From contig NC_042998.1 in NCBI RefSeq assembly GCF_006345805.1, positions 192,076,001 to 192,140,000 on the forward strand: DNA of 64,000 nt. Direction: 5' to 3'. Origin of the DNA: Octopus sinensis. Taxonomy: Eukaryota. Positions 1 to 13,404 of the stretch are shown here, one piece after another. Below the pieces are notes generated by a model. That model made no database searches and was not told the origin of the DNA. It saw only the letters and a program-made list of their open reading frames with translations. The position numbers and the translations under genes are program-made. How positions within the stretch are numbered: position 1 is the first letter of the stretch; each line of letters opens with the position of its first letter.

Positions 1-194
1 GAAGAATGTTTGTTTACATGCTTGAATATATGCTTACGTGAGATATGAAGATAAAATGCTACAAAGAACAGAAGTAGGATAGCAAAATTCTTTGCATGGA
101 TAAAAACATTGTGTAGAGACAGTATGGGAACACACACATGGACAGACAGACAGACACACACATACACACACACTCATATGCGATGATTTTTGGT

Positions 195-472
195 ATATAT
201 ATAATATGAATATATATGTATATATATATATAAATATGTATATATATGTGTATATATATATATACACATATATATATACATATTTATATATATATATATA
301 CGTATATACATATTTATATATATATATATTCATATATATACATATTTATATATAAATATACATACATATTTATATATATATACATATATGTATATATATA
401 TATACATATTTATATATATATATATAAAATTGAATTATTTATATATACATACATACATATATATATATATAC

Positions 473-504
<32 letters not shown>

Positions 505-545
505 GTATGTATATATATGTATATATATATATGTATGTAAATATA

Positions 546-592
<47 letters not shown>

Positions 593-660
593 TATATATA
601 TATATTATATATACATATATTATATATATGTATATATATGTATATATATATGTATGTATG

Positions 661-706
<46 letters not shown>

Positions 707-776
707 TATATATATATGTATATATATACATATATATATATATATTATATATATATATATGTTATATATATATATG

Positions 777-828
<52 letters not shown>

Positions 829-846
829 GTATATGTATATATATAA
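195..846. repeat. Compound (TA)n-rich microsatellite
   Basis: About 650 bp of TA/TATG/TACA repeats; source of the Y/I-rich ORFs at 34-850. Confidence 0.97.
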
Positions 847-1802
847 CTGAATTGATATTCTGAAAAAGTGGTACCTTTCTATTCATGATAAATCGTTCAA
901 GAAATAGATCGATACAAACATGTATGGACATGGCTGCAAGAATGAAGAAATGGGAAAAGAAATCAACGAAACTGTCCTCTTACTACATTGTCATGCAGTA
1001 CAATAGATTTTAAATAAAAAAAAAAGAATCAAAATAAAGAATAATGTAAAACAAACATTCCACTTTCACTTTCGCTTTCATTTGTGTTCTTAAACTTCAG
1101 TTTGCACTAAATATGCAGTGTTATTAAACAATCGAACATTAACAAAAGTCGGTATAGATATAAACAGTTTCATTTGGCAGTGTAAATATATAATAGTTAG
1201 ACCTCCATAAGAATACATTGAATAGCAAAACATCACTCCAGCTTCACTTCATTTCTCTTCATCTTTTTTCTTGTTTATATTTATTTGTTTTGCCCTTTAA
1301 ATAAATTATTTAACAATGATAACATAGTACGGTTAAATAAATGAAGAATTCTAAACTAATAATTTATCACTAACATCTGAACTTGCTAGGATAAATTTGT
1401 AGTCTGAAAGATTTTGATGAGAGCAGTTAAAACAAAATGATATATTGATTGTGCAACAAGATAAATATAAAAGAATTTGATTGCTGTTAGATTTTTACTA
1501 AAACTTCAGACAAATAATTGAATAATTACTGTCAGTGGTTTTACAGAGTATCAGAGTTGATACAGACAACTATTTTAACTCAAGACTATTCTGAATTCAC
1601 TTTGCGTAATATCTAATCAAGTTCGTCATCAATACAATCTTGTATTCTGCTTTACAAAGCAAGCAAGGTTGCTATCATTTTTACTATGGTGTTATGGTGT
1701 AATTAAAGATTGGAGACCAGAGTTTGAGACTAGCTTATGGACGAGCTAAGAAAGGAACATTTACATAGTCAATCGGCCTAATAATTATAGTAAAAAAATT
1801 CC

Positions 1803-2218
1803 AGTGGCTGTGTGGTAAGTAGCTTGCTAACCAACCACATGGTTCCGGGTTCAGTCCCACTGCGTGGCATCTTGGGCAAGTGTCTTCTGCTATAGCCCCC
1901 GGGCCGGCCAATGCCTTGTGAGTGGATTTGGTAGACGGAAACTGAAAGAAGCCTGTCGTATATATGTATATATATATATATATATGTGTGTGTGTATGTC
2001 TGTGTTTGTGTGTCTGTGTTTGTCCCCCTAGCATTGCTTGACAACCGATGCTGGTGTGTTTACGTCCCCGTCACTTAACGGTTCGGCAAAAGAGAACGAT
2101 AGAATAAGTACTGGGCTTACAAAGAATAAAGTCCCGGGGTCGATTTGCTCGACTAAAGGCGGTGCTCCAGCATAGCCGCAGTCAAATGACTAAAACAAGT
2201 AAAAGAGTAAAAGAGAGA
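1803..2218 (+). mobile_element. SINE family A (tRNA-like head, internal (TA)n(TG)n, GAGTAAAA tail)
   Basis: Head AGTGGCTGTGTGGTAAG...GGGTTCAGTCCC (A/B-box-like), body CTTGGGCAAGTGTCTTC, tail GAAACAAGTAAAAGAGTAAAAGAG; nine near-full copies in the window. Confidence 0.92.
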
Positions 2219-2441
2219 GTCTACTTAAATGCAACCCATAACAGCTACACTCACACACACTGACATGGACAAATACACACACCGACGCACTCGCACGCGT
2301 TCATACATCACAAATATACATTGCAGATGTTTGTTCATCATTAAAATAAGTACAACATGCGCCAAACATTCAACCATTTTTATTTAAGTTCTCTAACAGG
2401 CAAAATAACAGCCATCACAGTTTTAGACAATAGCATCTCAC

Positions 2442-2490
2442 CACAATAGCGGAGGGCCACAATCTTCCAGGCATACATGAGCAAAAATTT
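2442..2490 (-). CDS. Candidate internal exon of an unidentified host gene
   Basis: Minus strand tttgtaattcttcag|...TTGTG|gtgaga; 49 nt with all three frames open (e.g. IFAHVCLEDCGPPLL); no protein recognised. Confidence 0.25.
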
Positions 2491-2572
2491 CTGAAGAATT
2501 ACAAATTGCCAGACTCGCGCACGCACGCTCGAACGTAACAGGTAGGCAGACAGACAGATAGACAGACAGACG

Positions 2573-2574
<2 letters not shown>

Positions 2575-2671
<97 letters not shown>

Positions 2672-2771
2672 GGCTTCGTCATTCATACGTGCCATCCTTA
2701 CTACATTCACCCATTTTTTTTTTAAACATTCGCTAGACAAAACTTGCCTCTCTACTCTCACTTTCCTTTTC

Positions 2772-2848
<77 letters not shown>
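2575..2848. repeat. Two (GATA)n tetranucleotide microsatellites
   Basis: GATA arrays at ~2575-2670 and ~2772-2848. Confidence 0.95.
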
Positions 2849-3339
2849 TATAGACGAGCTAAGAAAGGAATCGCTACGTGGTCAATTGACCTAACAAGTA
2901 TAGTAGCAGGTACTGTTAAGTCATAAGCTATAATATTCAAGGGGGTATAAAAAAATTATTAATGCATTCATAAAAATAAGATTTTTCAGTAAAAGATGGG
3001 ATTGAAAGCTTACAATTATAAGTCTGCTCTATGAGAGTTGACCCTAGAGCTAATCTAGATCGAAGAAATAATTGTAGCTTCTGGTAGTACATGAATAGCT
3101 AACATGGGAAACCTTATCTCGTCATTCTGCATGCTCGAAATAACGGCCAATTCGCACTCAGTTGTATATACTATTCTATCTAAATAGGAAGTAAACGTAG
3201 GCTGAATATAATTCTCGATACGATTAGATATGTTTTTGATAGTTGGTCTAATTGATGAAAGTTAACCAGCGATAAATTCTTACTACTAGATCATGGAGTT
3301 AATAATTAATAAAATAACCTTTCTTTTTTTTCTTTTATT

Positions 3340-3750
3340 TTTTTATTTGTTTCAGTCATTTGACTGCGGCCATGCTGGAGCACCGCCTTTTAATCGAGCA
3401 AACTCGACCCCGGGACTTATTCTTTTGTATACCCAGTACTTATTCTATCGGTCTCTTTTGCCGAACCGCTAAGTGACGAGGACATAAACACACCAGCATC
3501 GGTTGTCAAGGAATGCTAGGGGGACAAACACAAACACACAAACATACACGCACACATATATATATGTATATATATATATGTATATATACATATATACGAC
3601 GGGCTTCTTTCAGTTTCCGTCTACCAAATCCACTCACGAGGCTTTGGTCGGCCCGAGGCTATAGTAGAAGACACTTCCCCAAGGTGCCACGCAGTGGGAC
3701 TGAACCCGAAACCATGTGGATGGTAAACAAGCTACTTACCACACAGCCAC
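3340..3750 (-). mobile_element. SINE family A
   Basis: Reverse-complement match to 1803-2218. Confidence 0.92.
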
Positions 3751-5819
3751 AAAAGATTCTAATTAAAATATACATAAAAAATTTTGCAACTTTAGTTATA
3801 CGTATTAACGAGTAAATACATCAACACATAATTTACCAGACCACAAAATACCTCTGCAGTTGTTTCCAAGACCCTGTCAAAAATAGATAGAGCTGAAAGA
3901 AAGGAATTGGCAAAAGAGCAAAAGTGATGGGAATATTTTGATACAAATCCAAACTATTGAATAGGAATTAGGTGTTTTGAACTATGAACGCACACTGTAC
4001 AGGAAGGCCAAAGAGATTCAATCAATGATTTGAAGAAAAAAATCTGTCTTCTACATCATTTACATTTGGCAACAGATGAAAACTAGTCATTAGGAATCGA
4101 ACTTCGATAAAAAGAATTGAGTATTTAGATTCAATAAATGAGGTCGATAGATTAAGAAATAATATGTCGATTTGTTCTTATTGAAATTCCATTTTGTCTT
4201 GTTCTTAAACGATGTATTATGCGTGCCATAACAAGTTAGTTTACATATCAATCAAAGAATTATCAGATAACTTTCATTAGATACGCATCCAAACTTCTGT
4301 TTTAAAGTCGATTAGCTGGCGGACATGAATTAAAGGCCGGACGTATCAGATTTTCTACTATCACTGCAGTTTCTATAGTGATTGCAAATGGATTGAATAT
4401 ACGCAATTTCACAAACATTTTATCTTCAAATTGGAAATAAATTAACAATTAATATGTTGTAATCTTGTTTCTTTCAATATATAGGAGACATTGATTATTG
4501 ACTGGTACACTCGTACCTTTTGTAATTAGCCTGTTTTTTTCATGTGCACATCAAGTGAATATTACGTAAAATTACTTGTGTACACCTTAATGCATAGATC
4601 ATTTAAACATTCGATTACTAGTGAAACTTAGGCCTAACTCGTTTTGAAATGATGCTCACAGCAATCTACTTTCGCTGCATTTTCATTTCTATCTTGGGTA
4701 TAACCCCACGTATTTGTGAGAGGATATGGAGGATATAATGCCTTTCAGCACTTAACTAGCTGGTAGTGTCTACTTCAATCGACCTTGGAAGGAGAAAACT
4801 CAGATTCGTCTCCAGTAGAAACTTAGCCTTCAACATGAAAGAACTAATTACAGCGTAATGTTTTGTCCATCACTCTACTATCCTATTACAAAATTGAATT
4901 TTAACAATGACAAAAATTCAAAAATTATGGGAGGGAATGGAATGAAATATATCAGTCCCCGGTGTTCGGATGGTACTTCTTTTAACTACCCTAGAATATA
5001 ATTTATGAACTCGTCGTTTACTTCCCATGCTGACCTAAACTAATCTTCTCTAAGCCTTGGGAAAATCACCCGGCATCACCCTCTATATGTCTAAGACCTA
5101 TCTCGGTCAATATCAACTATGTATTTGCATCTGGAATGTCTTCCTCGAGAGAGAGAGTATCGGTAGGTCTAAATTGTGTTTTGTGATGTCTTCTTTTTTA
5201 AGAAAGACAAGTCGTTGCCTATGTAGCAAGACTCTCTTCTTCATAATCCCGCCAATATTGTCTAAATGAAAGAGCTGATGATACAAAGTGGTACTTGTGC
5301 CGTCGAAACCAAACTCTGAACGTAAAATATAAAATAATTTACTGCGTTTTCATATTTCTGAAGACGTGGGCTAGTAGCGTTAGTGAGACATATCGAAAAA
5401 TACTTTGAATATTTAGCAATGTAACTTTACCAATCGCCATGCATTTCTTCTTTTCCCCTTTTCCATCTTGCTACAATGCCTTTCAAAGCTATTGGTATGT
5501 TACTGTCCCTTACAAAATTGTAACCGTTAAAGTCACGTAGTTTCTGCCCTTAAAATACAATCAGTACTAAAATACTTTGTTCGAAATTCTTATTCGTTGC
5601 CTTTTGTCAGAAGAAACCAGGAAGACACTAGTGTCAGTCAATAAATCAACTTCTGTTCTGGAATAGAAGTGTAGTCCAAATGTAACATTGAGCTAAACGC
5701 ATTGAAACAATAATAAACGTTTATATTGGAACCTCTTTCAGTCTATCTCCATTTGGTTCTATTATCTTCACTAAAGTCAGATATTCTAACAATACCTTTT
5801 GGTACACGACACAGCTCAG

Positions 5820-5854
<35 letters not shown>

Positions 5855-7244
5855 AGCAAATTACGTAAGGTGATAATATTACGACATCCATACACTCAAA
5901 TGCAGGTTGTGCAAGAATTCATTGATCCAGTCGTGGCCTGAACATCACAATATCAATAACATCTGTTTCTAAACAGTTTTTTTAAGACGTTAGAATATGA
6001 TTTGAAAAAGATGTCACTGCTGTTTCTAGTATATCAGGCCATTTGTAAAAGCTTCTTTATTGACATGAAGAAGATGTTGTCGAGTTTCTTTTGCATGTCT
6101 CTAATGCATTTTAATCGAATGTATATGATTATTTCACATAAAAGAATTTTCAATAATTTTTATGCTTACTTCCTATTATGATACAAAGTAGACTTTGGTT
6201 TGGCAAAATCGAAAATAAACAAAAAGTCTAAAATAAAAACATCTCCCGTCACACGTATCAGCGACCAGTTGGACCTCGCCTAAAAACTGACACAAAGAAT
6301 TACAAAGAAGTCTAAAACCGAATTTTCTTCCTATTCATCAACAATTTTATAATATAGAAATTCCATCATTTCCAGCAAGTTCATTAATATTATTGCGAGT
6401 TCATTAATATTATTGTTTTTTTTTATTTTCTTAACAATAGGTTTGTTTTGAACCAAAATCCAAGAAAAATCTATCCTAGTATTGATTGCATTTTCAGATT
6501 TAAAAAAGACAATGTGGTTAATTATATATTTCGCGTTCATAGAGTTGGCAATAACAAGACTTAATTTGAAATGAATTTCAGTCTATTTTCTGAAAACATA
6601 TTCTTCCTTTAAGTATTAACAATTGAATTTAATTCTACGGCAAAAGTGGACATCATTATTTAAAATAATCCAATCTTTATTATGTTCTGGTGTCCTGTCT
6701 CCAGAGTTACACACAAGACAAAAATTTAAAAAGAAAATATGAAGCATCGTTAAAACCAGTCAGATTTGTTCGTATAAAATATTAAAAGAGATAAAAACAT
6801 ACATTTATTTATTCATTTATTTATATTTTGTTAGTAAACAAAACTAAATAATATATTGAATATTACAAATAGAACAAAACGCTTCGTTTATGATGTGTGC
6901 ATATGTATGTAAAATATATATATATATATAGGAATGTATGTGTGTACGAGTGGATGCACAAATAAGAAAAAAGTAGTTAATGTAGTAGAACTTATTTGTT
7001 CGATTTGCACGTTCATCAAGCCGCCTTGGAGGCGCCTGAAGAACGTAGAAAAGAAAAACAAGAAATATATACAATGCAATCACAGCTTCAAATTAACGAC
7101 TGCATATATACATATGAGTGTGTTTGTGCGTGTATATGTAGGTGTAAGCATGGGTGCCTTTGTGGGTATGTGTGCACATACGTGCGAGAGAGTCACAGTA
7201 AGTGTATTATAAGCCAAATTATATAATGAACGTTCTTTCCTTGC

Positions 7245-7340
7245 CTTGTGTCCTCCTCAACTGCTGATGGTGTCGTAGGATGCTGACTTGACATGCAGCG
7301 TATCTTGAGCATTTTAAACCTGCGAAATATTTTCCCAGGT
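7245..7340 (-). CDS. Candidate symmetric internal exon (96 nt, GC donor)
   Basis: Strong acceptor (tttttttcatttcactttatttttctcttttgaagtaatttactgattttag|), two open frames (DLGKYFAGLKCSRYAACQVSILRHHQQLRRTQ or PGKIFRRFKMLKIRCMSSQHPTTPSAVEEDTR), AAG|gcaagg non-canonical donor. Confidence 0.3.
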
Positions 7341-7774
7341 CTAAAATCAGTAAATTACTTCAAAAGAGAAAAATAAAGTGAAATGAAAAAAAAAAAGGAT
7401 AAAAGGAAGGAACGTAAGAAGAATCGACTCCAGCACCTGTTTCATTCCTTATTTATCAACTCCGAAATAATGAGATGTATCTTATGATAAATAAAACAAA
7501 ATAGAGAGAACATCTGATAACATTTCTCCATAGGTATTACGATTTAATTAAAAATCAAACATTCGCGACATTTACTGTGTGTAAGAGAAAATCGCAGCAA
7601 AGGATTCGGTTTGGGAAATATTTATTTCACATTTAACATCTGTATAGATCTTTAATTGCCCACAAAGAAAGTGTGGGTCACACATGTGTGTTTCTTGGTG
7701 TTGTAGATCCTAGATCACAACCGTGGGTTTATAGAAAAGAAACGAAAGGCAGGCATGTAATCATATATATATAT

Positions 7775-7778
7775 ATGT

Positions 7779-7851
<73 letters not shown>
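7775..7851. repeat. (TG)n microsatellite
   Basis: Pure TG run. Confidence 0.97.
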
Positions 7852-7854
<3 letters not shown>

Positions 7855-8349
7855 GAAGTATAGGGGGTGATGTACAGATTTAATACTTATGAAAGTAAAA
7901 GGCGTTCAGAATGCTGGACGGTTGTAAAAAATATATATTTATTTACATATCACATACTATTTCTTCATATTTTTTAGCGTTTTCAACTACTCCTGTAGTC
8001 TCATCAGCAATGTCATATATATATATATGATATTAAGTATGTTATAGAAAGTATGGGCTATTTACGGAGTGCTCATGGAGAGCTAATGAGAAAAAATACA
8101 CAGTAGAGGAATCATATTCAATTATATTGATTGAACATCTTTATGCATTCGGGAATCTATTTGACTGCCTATGAATTGCGTTTTCAATTTCCTCCCTACT
8201 CTCTCTCTCTCTCCCTCTCTCTCGCTATATATATATATACACCTATTCTTTTATGAGCTTTAGCTCAAGGGACGTGGTCGTACTGGGCCAATAACATATA
8301 GACAAGGATAAGTAAAAAATCATTTTCTCTTTCACCAAAACTTTCTTTA

Positions 8350-8905
8350 GGTTGGCTGCATTGCTTTCAGCGCTCTCATGCCAAATGGTAGTATCCGTGT
8401 GGTTAAGTAACCGAGGTTTGGATTTAATCGCTTCATTTTCTTGCTAGTGTTACAGAGTAAACATGACTGTTCCGCTGACAATGTGTAGCAAAGAGGAACA
8501 GAGATCAGTGATTCAAATTTACTGCTCGAAGTCATGTCTGGAGCTGAAATTCATCACAGGCATTCAGTGAGATATGGAGACACGGCTCTGCTGCTTAGAA
8601 TTGTGCATCAATAGAGCGAGAATACATAAGCGTCCGGTCAATGTGAAGAACGGAAAGGGAGCAGAATGTGGAGATTCAACAAATACGGGAGGTGATTCTG
8701 GCAAACCTACGAGTGACTCTTGATGAGGTGGCAGGCTCTCAGCAAATTTGTCATGATACTGTATACAATAAAAACAAACCTCAAGAAACTGCTCACCAGC
8801 GCTAAATTGACGTCCACAAAACCCACACCAACACTCAAAAAGTGTGGCTGTCCAAACTGCGGGACATGCATTAAATTCATTAAAGACAAAAAATATAAAT
8901 TTTAA
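8350..8905 (+). pseudogene. Degenerate mariner transposase N-terminal (HTH) fragment
   Basis: Frameshifted translation MCSKEEQRSVIQ...SGAEIHHRHSVRYGDTALL matches the mariner EQRxVI...GAEIHRRL..YG pattern; multiple stops. Confidence 0.75.
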
Positions 8906-9232
8906 TAAGGACATATTTTTACCATTAAAAATCATTTTGCCTGTTCGTCAGGAGATTTAATAATAGTCAGATATGTAACGAGGATTACATAGGTAAAACA
9001 AAACTCTCTCTCAGAAATATACTAACTATCCATGGACAATAAATGCGATACCCCGCTGAGTGGACACATAGACAAATGTGCCAAAAATAAAATTTCCAAA
9101 TTCAAAGACTTTAAACGGAGAAAGTATATTCATGCAAAAATACAAACGAAGCCTCACTAGACTTCAACTAACTACATTCACCAACAACTATTCACATATA
9201 AACTCGTTATGCTGCTTCACATACTCTCTACT

Positions 9233-9445
9233 GTTTTTACTCTTTTACTTGTTTCAGTCATTTGACTGTGGCCATGCTGGAGCACTGCCTTTATTCGAGC
9301 AAATCGACCCCAGGACCTATTCTTTGTAACCCTAGCATTTATTCTATCGGTCTCTTTTGCCGAACCGCTAAGGTACGGGTACGTAAACAAACCAGCATCT
9401 GTTGTCAAGCGATGTTGGGGGACAAACACAGACACACAAACATAT

Positions 9446-9476
<31 letters not shown>

Positions 9477-9648
9477 CATATATACGACGGGCTTCTTTCA
9501 GTTTATGTCAACCAAATCCACTCACAAGGCTTTGGTCGGCCCGAGGCTATAGTAGAAGACACTTGCCCAAGGTGCCACGGAGTAGGACTGAACCCGGGAC
9601 CATGAGGTTGATAAGGAGGCTACTTACCACACAGCCACTCCTACGCCT
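9233..9648 (-). mobile_element. SINE family A
   Basis: Reverse-complement match to 1803-2218. Confidence 0.92.
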
Positions 9649-10275
9649 ATGTTGAATTTATACAGCTAACAACCTAACTTTGGGTACAGTCATGACTTTT
9701 CTCCGTATGACACTATCGTACAAATTCGGTGGAAAGCAGAATTTGATGCCTGCGCACACAGACACAAATCTGAACTATTCAACCACTGGGCAACGTAGAA
9801 ATATCTCCTGTCCACTCTACTACTTGACAGATTAAATTTCGAGAATTTGGAGACTGTCACTGGACATATTCACTCCACCGTGTCAGCTTTAATTTTCGGT
9901 ACCAAAAATATAATTGCATGATATTAATGCACGGACGTAGCAGGAAAGCTAAAAAAAAACATTCTAAGGTTAAACACGTGATCTTCCTCTACCACATTTG
10001 ACAGATAAAATTCAGATAGTCTTGATACTTCGTGATTGTCACTAGATACGTTCACTCAACCGTGACAGCCTTAGCGTACGGTGCCAAGCGTACTGTCAAG
10101 TAAAATTAAAGAATGAACGCAACGGGGAACTTACAAAAATTTCTAAACCTAATTATGTGAACATCTTCTGCCAGTCAAAACGTATCCAAAGCAGATATAA
10201 AACAGATATTAAACTCTAAACATTGCATTTTCGGTTTCTTTTTTCTTTCTTTTTTTGTTGTTTTGTATATGTACC

Positions 10276-10509
10276 TATTTCTTTATTACCCACAAGGGGC
10301 TAAACACAGAAGGGACAAACAAGGACAGACAAACGGATTAAGTCGATTACATCGACCCCCAGTGCGTAACTGGTACTTAATTTATCGACCCCGAAAGGAT
10401 GAAAAGCAAAGTCGACCTCGGTGGAATTTGAACTCAGAACACACCGGCAGACGAAATACGGCTAAGTATTTCGACCGACGTGCTAACGTTTCTGCCAGCT
10501 CGCCGCCTT
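10276..10509 (-). mobile_element. SINE family B (tRNA-like head, Meta-like central domain, AAAGAAATA tail)
   Basis: Sense AAGGCGGCGAGCTGGCAGAAACGTTAG...GTCGACTTTGC.TTTCATCCTTTCGGGGTCGATAAA; matches 24346-24577. The Meta-domain assignment is from memory. Confidence 0.88.
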
Positions 10510-10566
10510 TGTTTTGTATATGTACCAGTGTGGATTAAAATAACGTTGTTTTCTATAATATGTATA

Positions 10567-10962
10567 TCTTTATATGTAAAAGTGAAGTTGTGTGTCTGTC
10601 TCCTACGATTTAGATTCCTAACTACTCCCACATTTTGCGGTGCAGTTTAACCAAAACCGGGTATCTTAGAGTCGTGATTCATATCGAGCCCTTCTGGGTA
10701 TTAGCGCGCGTCTACGATGAGTCTACGATTTAAAAAAAAATTTACCATCATTTTTTTCACTTTAATGCATTTTTTCGCTATTATATAAGGGAAGTAACTC
10801 TCTAAAAATGTCTACGATGAGTCAACGATTTTAAAAAAAATTACCATAATTTCTTTTCCATTTTTAATGAATCTTTTTGCTATTTTTTGGCTATGACTCT
10901 CTAAAAATGCTTATATAGTTATTTCCCTTACAAACCCGAGCAACGCCGGGCGATACTGCTAG
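10567..10962 (+). mobile_element. Non-autonomous Helitron
   Basis: 5' TC after A, 3' hairpin CCCGAGCAACGCCGGG then CTGCTAG followed by T (A^T target, no TSD); internal ~80 bp duplication (gtctacgatgagtc...). Confidence 0.85.
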
Positions 10963-11274
10963 TATGCATATAAATTCAGTTAGTGCGCAAGCAACGATAG
11001 CGACGCTAAATGTATCCAATTCTTGAAAATGAGACTTTGAAAGTCTTGAAATATCAGGTATGGATTTAGAAATTCCACTGTTTGAAATCGACTATAAAAC
11101 GTTAAGAAAATAATGAAAAATCAATACTAGAAAGCAGAGAACTTGAACATCATCGTGTATTTAATGAAGGATTCATAGAAGAAAAGCTGATCCCCGTTTA
11201 TATACGAGTGTAACTTTACATATACGTTTGTATGTGTATCTGAGCTTCGTGTGTAATATATATATTATTATTCT

Positions 11275-11420
11275 TTTAGTTCTTTCAGTCATGGGACTGC
11301 AGTCATCATGGTGTAGCGCCTTAAAGGGTATATTAGTCAAACAAATCGACTTTCGTACTTATTTTTTAATGCTGGTACTTATTTTATCGGTCTCTTTGGC
11401 CGAGCTGCTAGGTTGCTAGG
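11275..11420 (-). mobile_element. Old SINE-A-related 3' fragment
   Basis: Diverged match to the SINE A tail (ttcagtcat..ggtacttattttatcggtctcttt). Confidence 0.65.
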
Positions 11421-11589
11421 TTTGAGGAACGTGAACGGACTAACACTGATTGGCAAATACAAGTACGCAGACACACATACCGTGACGTGTATAGGAGAAA
11501 GGGAATTTCAGAATTTCACTTGAACTCCACACTCACAGCGGGCTTTCGGCCGAAATATAATTGTCTGACAACCTTTTATTGTATATAAC

Positions 11590-11935
<346 letters not shown>

Positions 11936-12205
11936 TCCATTATTCTTATTACCTATATTACTTTTATTTCAAATCAGTTAATGTATTCTAAGTAATCAAT
12001 TTGATTCGTTCTTCTGAGTGTTGAATTATTAATGTATAATCTTCAGCTCAGTGGACATTCATCAATCACGGATATATTTTAATCTATGTTTTGAGATAGT
12101 TGTGATTGGCTGAGTCTATCATTAGTAATATCGTAATATACCTAGGTATTTCATATTTTGTGAAACCATAAGGAAGAATTGCGAACAGTAAAACATATAA
12201 AGAGT

Positions 12206-12495
12206 GGAGGCTCAATGGCCCAGTGGTTAGGGCAGCGGACTCGAGGTCGGAGGATCGTGGTTTCGATTCCCAGACTGGACGTTGTGTGTGTTTATTGAGC
12301 GAAAACACCTAAAGTTCCACGAGGCTCCGGCAGGCAGGGGGGTGGCGACCCCTGTTGTACTCTTTCGCCCCAACTTTCTCTCACTCTTTCTTCCTGTTTC
12401 TTGAGTAATGCTGCGATGGACTGGCGTCCCGTCCAGCTGGGGAGAACACATACGCCATAGAAACCGGGAAACGATGAGACTGGCTAGGCTAGAAA
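12206..12495 (+). mobile_element. SINE family C (tRNA-Arg-like head, octopus OR-type; V-domain-like segment)
   Basis: GGAGGCTCAATGGCCCAGTGGTTAGGGCAGCGGACTCG...GGTTTCGATTCCC head; GCTGCGATGGACTGGCGTCCCGTCCAG segment; relatives at 30228 and 32769. Confidence 0.85.
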
Positions 12496-12713
12496 ATGGC
12501 GCATAAAAATTAAAATAAAGGCATATAGAGTAGGGTAAAAATGACGAAACCACCGTGCGTCTATCATTCTCACTCTATGTGTCACAAGCATGTTACTAAT
12601 ATGCCTATCCATCCACACTTGGGCACAGACTCGTACATACACACACCTGTATATATGTACGGTATCAAACATTCTCGAACTTATAATGTTTAATAAAAAA
12701 AATAATGATTTAC

Positions 12714-13345
12714 CTAAGTTTTCACATCATGTCCTTTGAAATAGTAAGCGAGTCGAGGACCTTTTGCGATTCTCACCTTGAGTTGCATTTTCATCTTTGG
12801 GAAGAGATGTAAATTCGCAAGTGAATAGGGCGGGTGCAGAAGCGATACCATGTTGGTTTTGACGAGAAACTCACGAGTGAGGAAAGAGACATGTAACATG
12901 GAGCATTGTCGTTGTGAAGAATCCAATTCTTCGCCCTCCACAGATCCAGTCGCCTTCCCCGAATGTCCTCCCTCAAACGCTTCACAACGCCGCAGCAGCA
13001 CTCTCGATTGACGGTTTGACCTTGGGGAACGAATTCTCGGTGAACATACCCTATTTCCGGGGTGACGTTCATGGAAGGTCTTCCAGATCCCTCATCATTT
13101 TTCAGGAACATTATTTCGCTTTTGAAGCCCTCGAGACATTGCGCACAACCCATTGCCCCGTCGCCGTAAGCTTGTCGAAAAATGGTCAATGTTTCTTTAG
13201 TAGTTATCTCAAGTTTAGCGCAAGATTTCACGTTGGCTCTTCGTTTCAGCATCCTGTCCGTGACAAAAATTGCAGATAACAGCATACACGTGATCACAAA
13301 AACAAATTTCACAACTAGTCCAGCAGCTCTTTTCATACCACCTCG

Positions 13346-13347
<2 letters not shown>
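12714..13347 (-). mobile_element. Internally deleted mariner element
   Basis: TA-CGAGG terminus at 13347; translation RANVKSCAKL..ETLTIFRQAYG..GSGRPS fused to VHREFVPQGQTVN..WILHNDNAP..HPPYS..LFPKMK. Confidence 0.92.

Positions 13348-13404
<57 letters not shown>

Noticed and set aside
34-850. Long Y/I/C/V/H/T-rich ORFs here and throughout the ORF track
   Set aside because: They are translations of (TA)n, (TG)n, (GATA)n and (TATG)n microsatellites, which lack stop codons in some frames.
5270-5325. CTGATGA...GAAAC hammerhead-like or C/D-box-like motif
   Set aside because: Stem II does not abut GAAA, there is no NUH with a pairing stem I or III, and the interval is too short for a C/D snoRNA; it occurs once.
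12206-12280. tRNA genes at the SINE heads (also 1803, 30228, 32769 and others)
   Set aside because: The A/B boxes are present but the acceptor stems are not, and each continues into a SINE body.
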